Positions 16,259 to 23,297 of a DNA stretch of 24,000 nucleotides are shown here, piece after piece (the first letter of the stretch is position 1; each line of letters opens with the position of its first letter). The stretch comes from an uncultured Gemmatimonadales bacterium (GTDB taxonomy: Bacteria > Gemmatimonadota > Gemmatimonadetes > Gemmatimonadales > Gemmatimonadaceae). The DNA lies in assembly GCA_963763675.1 (NCBI GenBank), contig CAVXPN010000004.1, positions 51,156 through 75,155 of the forward strand. The letters run 5' to 3'. The notes beneath the pieces are model-generated. The model worked only from the letters and a program-made list of their open reading frames with translations. It was not told the origin of the DNA and made no database searches. A program made the translations under genes and the position numbers.

Positions 16259-16939
16259 ATGCGCTCGACCGTCCTTCGCCGCGTGCTGCTCGCGTGTGGC
16301 GCCATGCTCGGCGTGACCTCTGCCGTGCCCGCAGCCGCTCAACCCGTCAGCGTGTACAGCAGCCGCGCCGCCTTCCTGGTGGCCCTCACGGGGCAGACAA
16401 CCGTCACGTTCACCGGTGACGCCCCGGACGGAGGCTTTACAATGTACGGGACGAGCCTGACGCGCTCGGGCGTCACGTTCCAAGCTGGGCCAGGGAACAC
16501 CTTGAACGTCACCTCCAACACGTACTCGCCCGGTTTCGAGTACGGCACCGGCGCCGTGCTGACCCCGGTCGGGACGGCTCCCCGCATCCTCAACATCCTC
16601 CTTCCACTGGGGACGACGGCGTTCGGGATCGACTTCGGTGCCTTCTCGTCCGTCCCGACCACGTTCACCCTGTCCACCGGCGACGTCTTCGTCCGGAACG
16701 GCGGTACCCCGATCGGGACGAACGGAACTGGGTTCGCGTTTGTCGGGTTCACTTCGGCTGTCGCTCTCACGTCGGTCCAGGTCCGGGTGGCGGCCGCGGG
16801 CGGGGGGAACGCTGTCGACAACGTCACCGTGGGGCAGGCGGCGGTGGTCCCGGAGCCGTCGACCTATGTTCTGGTCGCCGCGGGGTTGTTGAGCGCGAGC
16901 GCGCTCGCCCGCTGGCGGCGCGGCGCAACCACCGGCTAA
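16259..16939 (+). CDS. PEP-CTERM sorting domain-containing protein (cassette-borne)
   Basis: Signal peptide MRSTVLRRVLLACGAMLGVTSAVPAAAQ and C-terminal 'VPEPSTYVLVAAGLLSASALARWRR'. Confidence 0.9.
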   Translation: MRSTVLRRVLLACGAMLGVTSAVPAAAQPVSVYSSRAAFLVALTGQTTVTFTGDAPDGGFTMYGTSLTRSGVTFQAGPGNTLNVTSNTYSPGFEYGTGAVLTPVGTAPRILNILLPLGTTAFGIDFGAFSSVPTTFTLSTGDVFVRNGGTPIGTNGTGFAFVGFTSAVALTSVQVRVAAAGGGNAVDNVTVGQAAVVPEPSTYVLVAAGLLSASALARWRRGATTG

Positions 16940-17058
16940 TCCCATCCCGGAGACCGTGATGAACGGGGGTCGGCGTGTCACGCCGGCCCCTGCGTTGCGC
17001 TCAGGGTCGCCCCGGCGCAGGCGCGCCCGGATGCTACTACGGGTCCGGCGCGCCAGCC

Positions 17059-17176
17059 GCCTAACGGGGCGTTGAAGCTGTCGGGTATGCAGGGACACCC
17101 CACACCGGCCCGCGGCTGTGTCTCGCCTCGGCTCCCTCGCTCGCTCACCGCCCGCAACTTAACTCTGGCGTTAGCT
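17059..17176 (+). other. attC-like site
   Basis: R'' GCCTAAC, arms GTT(G)AAGCTG / CAACTTAAC (one wobble), R' GTTAGCT. Confidence 0.95.
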
Positions 17177-17239
17177 GGCGCCGATTGTGCTGGACCTTCA
17201 GGACAGTTTCCATCCTCCCGCTGCTCACAGCCCGACCAC

Positions 17240-17602
17240 ATGCCAACGCCGCGCGCCGCGCTCGCCCTGCTGGTGCTCGCGACCGCTGGCTGCGCCGAGC
17301 ACGCCACGGGTCCACGCGCGGCCGCCGGGCCGGCGCCGGCGCGGCTCGCACTCGCCGAGCACTGGCTGCCGCCGCAGCCCCCGTGCGCGCTGGTCGTCGT
17401 GGAGGGCGCGGTGTACCGGCAGCGCGTCGTGCGGGGGCGGTGCGAGTTCCCGGCCGGCCTCGTCCTCGCGCCCGAGGACGTCGTGACCGTCATCCTCCTG
17501 GGCGCGCGGGAGGCGCGGGTCCGGTTCGGCCCGGACGCGGGCGGCGGCGCGATCCTCGTCACCACGCGACGCCGGGCTGCGGCCGGCGCGCGCGCCAGCT
17601 AA
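17240..17602 (+). CDS. Small lipoprotein with TonB-plug-like C-terminal segment (cassette-borne)
   Basis: MPTPRAALALLVLATAGCAEHATGP lipobox; 'LAPEDVVTVILLGAREARVRFGPDAGGGAILVTTRR'; stop TAA inside R''. Confidence 0.6.
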   Translation: MPTPRAALALLVLATAGCAEHATGPRAAAGPAPARLALAEHWLPPQPPCALVVVEGAVYRQRVVRGRCEFPAGLVLAPEDVVTVILLGAREARVRFGPDAGGGAILVTTRRRAAAGARAS

Positions 17603-17713
17603 CGTGGCGTTGCTGCTGTCGAGTACGCGGGGACGCTCCGCTCCTCCGCGTGGAGCCTCGTACGCCACCACCGGCGCGCTCGGACGACTCGCAGCAGAAC
17701 TGGGGCGTTGGGC
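17597..17713 (+). other. attC-like site
   Basis: R'' AGCTAAC, arms GTT(G)CTGCTG / CAGCAGAAC, R' GTTGGGC. Confidence 0.9.
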
Positions 17714-17739
17714 GGCGAACGGCCATCCCCTTCGGGCGA

Positions 17740-18225
17740 ATGCACAGTCTCCCTACGAGCAACGATCTCGACGCGCCGCGTGGCAAACGAGCTGACGCTG
17801 TCGCGGGCGCCCTCGGAGTGCGCAGGTCAGCTCCTGCCCCGGGTACCCGCCCGCCTCCCTCGGCTCGGGGGGCGCCGGCAGCGAGCGCGCCACCCGCCGG
17901 TCCGGCGACCTCGCGCTGGCGCTGGCCGCGGACGCCGGAGGCGCGCCGGGCCACCTGGGAGCACACGCGCGAGCGCGGGCCGTGGCGCTACGCCACGCGC
18001 GCGGCGCTCGGGTTCGCCCTGTGCTGGGACGTGTTCGAAGTTGCGCGCTTCGGGCTCGCCGAGGCGGGAGTGCCGTGGGCGCGCCATGCGTACGGCGGAC
18101 CGTTCCCGCTCTACCTGCTCCTGGCGGGCACGCTCATGTTCTGCTCGATGTGGCCGGTCATGCTGTGGGAGTACCACGCGACCGAGCGCCGCTACGCGCG
18201 TGGCCCGGGCGGCACCGATCGGTGA
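17740..18225 (+). CDS. Hypothetical membrane protein (cassette-borne)
   Basis: MHSLPTSNDLDAPRGKRADAV...'GPFPLYLLLAGTLMFCSMWPVMLWEYHATERRYARG'. Confidence 0.55.
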   Translation: MHSLPTSNDLDAPRGKRADAVAGALGVRRSAPAPGTRPPPSARGAPAASAPPAGPATSRWRWPRTPEARRATWEHTRERGPWRYATRAALGFALCWDVFEVARFGLAEAGVPWARHAYGGPFPLYLLLAGTLMFCSMWPVMLWEYHATERRYARGPGGTDR

Positions 18226-18231
18226 GCCGTC

Positions 18232-18350
18232 GCCCAACGAGGCGTTGCAGTGGACGAGTACGCGGGGCTGGCGGCAGCGCGGCCTTGGAGTCCACCATAC
18301 GCCGCTCCCAACGCGCACCGAAAGCTCGCCACTGAACTTGGGCGTTAGGT
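18232..18350 (+). other. attC-like site
   Basis: R'' GCCCAAC, arms GTT(G)CAGTGG / CCACTGAAC, R' GTTAGGT. Confidence 0.95.
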
Positions 18351-18369
18351 AGCCCACACGCACCCCCAG

Positions 18370-19101
18370 ATGGCGTACTTCTACGGGATGGTCCGCCTCG
18401 GGGCGGCGGAGCAGTGGCGCGGCCTCGCGGGCGAGGCCAAGTGGGTGCCGACGCGCTCGGCGTACGAGCTCGCGTACGCGTGGCACGGCGCCAACGGGGT
18501 CCCGCCGGGCATCGCGGCCGCCCTCTCGGACAGCGGGGTCCCGGAGCTCGCGCGGCTCCGCCTGGAGGTCGGCGTCGTCGAGAAGCCGAGCTACCTAGAC
18601 ACGCCGATCGGCCCCTCAATGACCGACATCATGGGCTACGCGCGCAACGCCGCCGGCGACCCGGTCGTGGTGGCCGTGGAAGGGAAGGCGACGGAGAGCT
18701 TCGGCCTGCCCGTCCGCGCGTGGGTCCGGGGCGACCTGCCGCAGCCATCCGCCGACACCGAGCCCCGGCCGTCGCGCGTGCGGCGGCTCCGCTACCTCGC
18801 CGAGCGCCTCGGGATCGACGCCGATGCCGAGAGCGCGCTCCACTATCAGCTCCTGCACCGCACGGTCGCCGGCGTGAACGAGGCCATGCTCTACGGTGCG
18901 GACGTGGCCGTGCTGCTGGTACATTCGTTCGCGCCGGACGACGAGCCGAACTGGGCGGCGTACGAGGCGTTCCTGGCGGCGATGGGCGCGCCCGGCCCGC
19001 GGAAAGGGGCGGTGTCCGGCCCGCTCACGCTCCCGAGCGCGCCCGGCGTCCGGCTCTACGCGCTCTGGTACCAGGACCGGCCGCGTCTCGCGGCTACCTA
19101 A
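18370..19101 (+). CDS. Hypothetical protein, possible nuclease-like fold (cassette-borne)
   Basis: MAYFYGMVRLGAAEQWRGLAGEAKWVPTRSAYELAYAWHGANGVPPG...'SMTDIMGYARNAAGDPVVVAVEGKATESFG'; stop TAA inside R''. Confidence 0.65.
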   Translation: MAYFYGMVRLGAAEQWRGLAGEAKWVPTRSAYELAYAWHGANGVPPGIAAALSDSGVPELARLRLEVGVVEKPSYLDTPIGPSMTDIMGYARNAAGDPVVVAVEGKATESFGLPVRAWVRGDLPQPSADTEPRPSRVRRLRYLAERLGIDADAESALHYQLLHRTVAGVNEAMLYGADVAVLLVHSFAPDDEPNWAAYEAFLAAMGAPGPRKGAVSGPLTLPSAPGVRLYALWYQDRPRLAAT

Positions 19102-19213
19102 CGAGGCGTTGAAGCTGCCGGGTATGCAGGGATGCTACGCCGCGCCCCTCGGTTTCCTCTCGCCTCGGCTCCGGCCCACCCGCCGAACCCGCAGCTTAAC
19201 TTGGGCGTTAGCT
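19096..19213 (+). other. attC-like site
   Basis: R'' ACCTAAC, arms GTT(G)AAGCTG / CAGCTTAAC, R' GTTAGCT. Confidence 0.95.
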
Positions 19214-19231
19214 CGCAACACATGACGAGGT

Positions 19232-19765
19232 ATGCTACCCGTGGACGCCCCCGTGATCGCTGCCCTGGTAGCCGCTGTCGCGACGCCGACCGCTGGCGCG
19301 TTCACTTACGCGCTCACGAAACGGCGCGAGCGCGAAGCCGAGTGGCGGAAATTCAAGCTCGACTACTACCGTGAGTACGTCGCGGCGATGTCGGGCGTCA
19401 CGGAGGCGACCGCCACTCCAGCGGCGCGCCAGCGCTTCGCCGAGGCCGCGAACAACCTCGCGCTGGTCGCGCCGTCCCGAGTCCTCCGCGCCGCGTACGC
19501 GCTGGTAGAGGACGTGAACATTCCGAAGCGAACGCAGCAGTCGTACGACGCCGCTCTCGCGGCGTTTTTCCGGGCGATCAGGGCGGATTCCCACTCCAGC
19601 ATGCCGGATGACACCGGGCTCGCGTTCAGGTTGTTTTCGGCCCCGGCCGCGGTGCCCGCCGACACCAGCGTCCTGGAATCGGCGCAACTCACTCCACCGA
19701 CCACCACCAATGGCGATCGTACGCCTCATCGAGCACCAGCCGCTTCAAGTCGAACCGCCCCATAA
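19232..19765 (+). CDS. Hypothetical N-terminally membrane-anchored protein (first ORF of two-ORF cassette)
   Basis: MLPVDAPVIAALVAAVATPTAGAFTYALTKRREREAEWRKFKLDYYREYVAAMSG... Confidence 0.6.
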   Translation: MLPVDAPVIAALVAAVATPTAGAFTYALTKRREREAEWRKFKLDYYREYVAAMSGVTEATATPAARQRFAEAANNLALVAPSRVLRAAYALVEDVNIPKRTQQSYDAALAAFFRAIRADSHSSMPDDTGLAFRLFSAPAAVPADTSVLESAQLTPPTTTNGDRTPHRAPAASSRTAP

Positions 19766-19982
19766 AGAGGTCGCGGCCACCTACGCGATCGTCCGTGGCG
19801 AGGGTGGCGAGCGGTGCTTGCAGATCGACACCTACGGATCGGCCGACCGCGAGATGCCTGGGAAGAAGAGCCAGTCCATCCGCCTGACCCCAGAGGCCAT
19901 CGCGCAGCTGCGCGAACTGATCGACAGGCACTTCCCGTCGCTGGGCAACCGTGGGGGACAGATCAGCGCGCCTGCGAGCTAA
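19710..19982 (+). CDS. Small conserved hypothetical protein (second ORF, overlapping the first)
   Basis: MAIVRLIEHQPLQVEPPHKEVAATYAIVRGEGGERCLQIDTYGSADREMPGKKSQSIRLTPEAIAQLRELIDRHFP; stop TAA inside R''. Confidence 0.7.
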   Translation: MAIVRLIEHQPLQVEPPHKEVAATYAIVRGEGGERCLQIDTYGSADREMPGKKSQSIRLTPEAIAQLRELIDRHFPSLGNRGGQISAPAS

Positions 19983-20094
19983 CGAGGCGTTGAAGCTGTC
20001 GGGTATGCACGGACGCCCGCCCGCGCCCCTCGGCACCGTCTCGCCTCGGCTGTAGTTCACCCGCACGGCCCGCAGCTTAACTTCGGCGTTAGGC
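19977..20094 (+). other. attC-like site
   Basis: R'' AGCTAAC, arms GTT(G)AAGCTG / CAGCTTAAC, R' GTTAGGC 20088-20094. Confidence 0.95.
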
Positions 20095-20191
20095 AACACC
20101 ACCCGCCGGCGTCGCCCTGCTCGGATGTGGGCGGGCTCGGCCGCGCCGGGCCCCGGTGCTATCTTCCGACGGTCCCCTCCGGAGCCCCTGC

Positions 20192-20410
20192 ATGACCCAA
20201 CTGCTGGAACAGGCCTTCGCGGCCGCGAGTGACCTCTCGCCCGAAGACCAAGACGCGGTCGCCCGCGCGCTCCTGGCCGATCTCGCCTCCGAGCGCGACT
20301 TCGACGCCCGGATCGCGGCGACGCCCGACGCCCTCGCCCGGCTCGCGGACGAGGCGCTCGCCGAGTATCGGGCGGGCCGGACCGAGCCGCTCGACCCCGA
20401 CCGGCTGTAG
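20192..20410 (+). CDS. Putative antitoxin, cassette copy 2
   Basis: Same protein as 4670-4888 (offset 15,522). Confidence 0.75.
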   Translation: MTQLLEQAFAAASDLSPEDQDAVARALLADLASERDFDARIAATPDALARLADEALAEYRAGRTEPLDPDRL

Positions 20411-20425
20411 CCGGCGCGCCGGGCG

Positions 20426-20698
20426 GTGGTCTCGCGCACGACGGCGCGGTTCCGGCGCGCGTACGCCGCCCTGCCAGAGCGGGCTCGCGCCCAGGCGCGC
20501 GAGGCGTACCGGACGTTCGTGCGCGACCCGCAGCACCCGGGACTGCGGCTTAAGCCGGTCCACCGCACACGGCCGATCTACTCGGCCCGGGTCGGGCTGG
20601 GGTACCGGGCGCTCGCGGCGCGGGGCGAGGGCGACGTGTGGGTGTGGTTCTGGATCGGGTCGCACGCCGAGTACGACCGGCTGCTCGCGGGGCTGTAG
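20426..20698 (+). CDS. Putative RelE/ParE-superfamily toxin, cassette copy 2
   Basis: Same protein as 4904-5176. Confidence 0.75.
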   Translation: MVSRTTARFRRAYAALPERARAQAREAYRTFVRDPQHPGLRLKPVHRTRPIYSARVGLGYRALAARGEGDVWVWFWIGSHAEYDRLLAGL

Positions 20699-20719
20699 GG
20701 CCGGGCCGTCTCGCGTGTT

Positions 20720-20837
20720 GCCTAACGGTACGTTGCAGCTGTCAAGTACGCCGGGACGCCCGTCCGCCCCGGCCGGCACCGTCGCACGCCACCGCCATGC
20801 CGCCCCGAAGGCTTGCAGCTGAACTCTGGCGTTGGGC
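20720..20837 (+). other. attC-like site (intact copy of the interrupted site at 5198)
   Basis: R'' GCCTAAC, arms GTT(G)CAGCTG / CAGCTGAAC, R' GTTGGGC. Confidence 0.95.
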
Positions 20838-20856
20838 GGCTCCGAACCTTGTCTTA

Positions 20857-21279
20857 ATGTCGACCCTTCTGGAGGACCGGCCGCTGTCGGCCGACGAGTA
20901 CGCGCTCACGCGCTGGCTCCTGGAGCACGGGTTTCCGGGCGCGGACGCGCACCTCGACGCGCTCGATCACGCGTGGGTCGTGGGCCGCTGCGGGTGCGGG
21001 TGCGCCAGCGTCGACTTCGTCGTCGACGGGCGCCGGCCGCCGCACGGCGCGACCTACGAGGTCCTGGCCGACTATCAGTGGCGCGACGCGGCCGGGCACC
21101 TCGGTGGGGTGTTCGCGTTCGCGCGCGCGGGCGTGCTCGCCGGCCTCGAGGTATGGTCCGTGAACGGCGCGGCCGACACCACGGCTGCCGGCGCCCGACG
21201 CGCTGGAGCCGCTCGGCACGCCCGCGCCCACCTCGGAGTAGCCGACCCGTGGACCCATTCCCCGCGCTGCACGAGCTGA
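20857..21279 (+). CDS. Hypothetical protein, probably 3' frameshifted
   Basis: MSTLLEDRPLSADEYALTRWLLEHGFPGADAHLDALDHAWVVGRCGCGCASVDFVVDG...; a 1-nt shift near 21188 would give '..APDALEPLGTPAPTSE*' ending at 21241. Confidence 0.55.
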   Translation: MSTLLEDRPLSADEYALTRWLLEHGFPGADAHLDALDHAWVVGRCGCGCASVDFVVDGRRPPHGATYEVLADYQWRDAAGHLGGVFAFARAGVLAGLEVWSVNGAADTTAAGARRAGAARHARAHLGVADPWTHSPRCTS

Positions 21280-21602
21280 TCGCGCTGTTCGAGGCCGAGC
21301 CGACGTACCTCGATCCGGGCGTGCCCGCTGCGTACAACACGCTCACGTTCGTCACCGAGCGCGGCGCCGACCGCGTGCGCTGCGAGATCGCGCCGGCCGA
21401 CGGCGTCCTCCGGCTCGAGTGGGAGCGCGACGGGGTGGCGCTTGTCCGCGCCGACTTCGCCGACGTCGCCGCGCTCCGTGCGGAGGCCGAGCGCGGACGG
21501 GAGGCGCTCGTGGTGGAGCTGCGGATGCCGCGCGCCCGCCCCTTCCGGCTCCAGTTGCGGCCGGCAATCCACGTCTCGTGGGGAACGGAGCCCGGGCCAT
21601 GA
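21249..21602 (+). CDS. Hypothetical protein (second ORF of cassette)
   Basis: GTG start: VDPFPALHELIALFEAEPTYLDPGVPAAYNTLTFVTERGADRVRCEIAPADGVLRLEWERDG... Confidence 0.55.
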   Translation: MDPFPALHELIALFEAEPTYLDPGVPAAYNTLTFVTERGADRVRCEIAPADGVLRLEWERDGVALVRADFADVAALRAEAERGREALVVELRMPRARPFRLQLRPAIHVSWGTEPGP

Positions 21603-21617
21603 CCCCGGCGTGCCGCC

Positions 21618-21735
21618 GTCCAACGAGACGCTGCAGTTGTCGGGTATGCGGGGCCACGGCAACACGGCCCTCGGCACTCGTTCACTTCGGCATCCTCGCG
21701 CGCTCACGGCCCGCAACTGAGCTGTAGCGTTAGAT
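21618..21735 (+). other. attC-like site
   Basis: R'' GTCCAAC, arms GCT(G)CAGTTG / CAACTGAGC, R' GTTAGAT. Confidence 0.95.
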
Positions 21736-21750
21736 GGCACAGAGCCACTC

Positions 21751-22152
21751 ATGAAAGCATCCTCTGCGATCGCCGTGACCATCGACGACTACATCGCCGG
21801 CCACCCGCCTGCGGTGCAAGCGCGGCTGGCAGCGCTGCGCGCGACCATCCGCCAGCACGCCGCGGCAGCAGAGGAGCGGATCAGCTACCGAATGCCGACG
21901 TTCTACCTCGGCGGGAACTTGGTCCATTTCGCCGCCTTCGCGCGGCACGTTGGGTTCTATCCGGGCGCGACCGGCATCGCGGCGTTCCAGGAGGCGCTCG
22001 CGCTCTACAAGGGGGCAAAGGGGTCCGTGCAGTTCCCCCACAGCGAGCCCCTGCCACTCGATCTGGTCGCCGCCATCGTGCAGTTCCGCGTCGCCGAGCA
22101 GGCCGCGACGTCGAGGGCGCGCGGCCGGCCTCGTTCCCGTCCTGCCATCTAA
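21751..22152 (+). CDS. DUF1801/YdhG-like protein (cassette-borne)
   Basis: 'TIDDYIAGHPPAVQARLAALRATIRQHAAAAEERISYRMPTFYLGGNLVHFAAFARHVGFYPGATGIAAFQEAL..YKGAKGSVQFPHSEPLPLDLVAAIVQFRV'; stop TAA inside R''. Confidence 0.85.
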   Translation: MKASSAIAVTIDDYIAGHPPAVQARLAALRATIRQHAAAAEERISYRMPTFYLGGNLVHFAAFARHVGFYPGATGIAAFQEALALYKGAKGSVQFPHSEPLPLDLVAAIVQFRVAEQAATSRARGRPRSRPAI

Positions 22153-22244
22153 CGAGTCGTTGAACCTGACGAAGCCGCGCAGCGCTCCAACCCGGCAGCA
22201 AGGCTCCAGCCCTGCGGCTTCGCAGGTTAACTCTGGCGTTAGAT
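22147..22244 (+). other. attC-like site
   Basis: R'' ATCTAAC, arms GTT(G)AACCTGACGAAGCCGC / GCGGCTTCGCAGGTTAAC, R' GTTAGAT. Confidence 0.95.
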
Positions 22245-22250
22245 GGCCAC

Positions 22251-23297
22251 ATGCACCTTCCCCAAACTGGCTTGCTCCGAGCGCTACGCTTCTGTGTCAT
22301 AGGGGCTCTCACACTCGCTGCCTCCGTGGCCGCGGGCCAGGCGCCGCCGACCGGGCTCGCGCGGGCTGCCCTCACCGCGCCGGACTTCCGGTGGGACTCG
22401 CTCGCGGGGCCCGGGGCGACGGTGTACGCCGAGGTCGGCTCCGCGAACGCGGCCCGGCTGCCCGCGCTGACCGCCCGCGTGACCGCGGCGCGCCGGCGCA
22501 GCCTCACCCTGCTCGGCGCGCCCGCGTTCGCCCCGCGCCTGCGGGTGTTCTACGTGGCCTCGCGCGACCGGATGCGCGCACTCGCCGGGGCCCGGGCGAC
22601 CGGCCTCACGGATGCCCCGGCGCACGCGGTCGTCGTAGTGGCGGCGCCCGCGTGGGAGCCGCTGGAGACGCACGAGGTCATGCACGCCGTCTCGCTCGCC
22701 CTCTGGGGCGACCCGCGCGAGGGGGCGGCCTGGGGCGAGCGCGGCACGTGGCTCGTCGAGGGCCTCGCCGCCGCGGCCGAGAACCGGTGCGGCGCGTTCA
22801 CGGGGCGGCAGGTCGTCGCCGCGCTCGCCGGCGCCGGGACGGGCCGCGACGGTCTCGTGTCGGTGGACTCGCTCGTGGGCGCGTTCCGGCGGCAGGACGA
22901 CCTCGTGGCGTATCTCGAGGCCGGCACCCTGGTGCAGTACCTGCTCGAGTCCGCTGGCCCGGCCGCCCTGAAGCGCGTCTGGCAGGGCGGGCCGGCGGCC
23001 ATTCCGGCCGCGTACGGGCGGCCGCTCGCGGACCTCGTCCCGGCCTGGCGCGCGTGGCTGGCGCGGACGCCGCGCCCGGCGCGCGCACCCGACCTCGCAG
23101 CGCTCCGGCGCGAGGGGTGCGGGTACGCGCCGAGCGGCTGGCGCACGGCGAGCATCGGCGCCCTGCCATCTAACGAGGCGTTGAAGCTGTCGGGTATGCA
23201 CGGACGCCCCGCTCCTCCGCGGTCGCCACCGCAGGGAGAATCCGTCTCGCTCGGAAAACCCGCAGACAAGCTAAGGGAGATCAAGCCCCGGCCATGA
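22251..23297 (+). CDS. Secreted HExxH metallopeptidase-like protein; C-terminus encoded by attC and IS sequence
   Basis: Signal peptide, 'WEPLETHEVMHAVSLALWGDP...GERGTWLVEGLAAAAE' (HEVMH plus downstream E); ORF reads through attC as '..ALPSNEALKLSGMHGRP..'. Confidence 0.65.
   Translation: MHLPQTGLLRALRFCVIGALTLAASVAAGQAPPTGLARAALTAPDFRWDSLAGPGATVYAEVGSANAARLPALTARVTAARRRSLTLLGAPAFAPRLRVFYVASRDRMRALAGARATGLTDAPAHAVVVVAAPAWEPLETHEVMHAVSLALWGDPREGAAWGERGTWLVEGLAAAAENRCGAFTGRQVVAALAGAGTGRDGLVSVDSLVGAFRRQDDLVAYLEAGTLVQYLLESAGPAALKRVWQGGPAAIPAAYGRPLADLVPAWRAWLARTPRPARAPDLAALRREGCGYAPSGWRTASIGALPSNEALKLSGMHGRPAPPRSPPQGESVSLGKPADKLREIKPRP
23168..23265 (+). other. attC-like site truncated by IS110-family element
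   Basis: R'' ATCTAAC, left arm GTT(G)AAGCTG, right arm stops at CCCGCAG|acaagcta... Confidence 0.85.

Noticed and set aside
20089-20568. Minus-strand ORF duplicated with the TA cassette (4567-5046 and 20089-20568)
   Set aside because: Antisense to the TA genes and conserved only because the cassette is duplicated.
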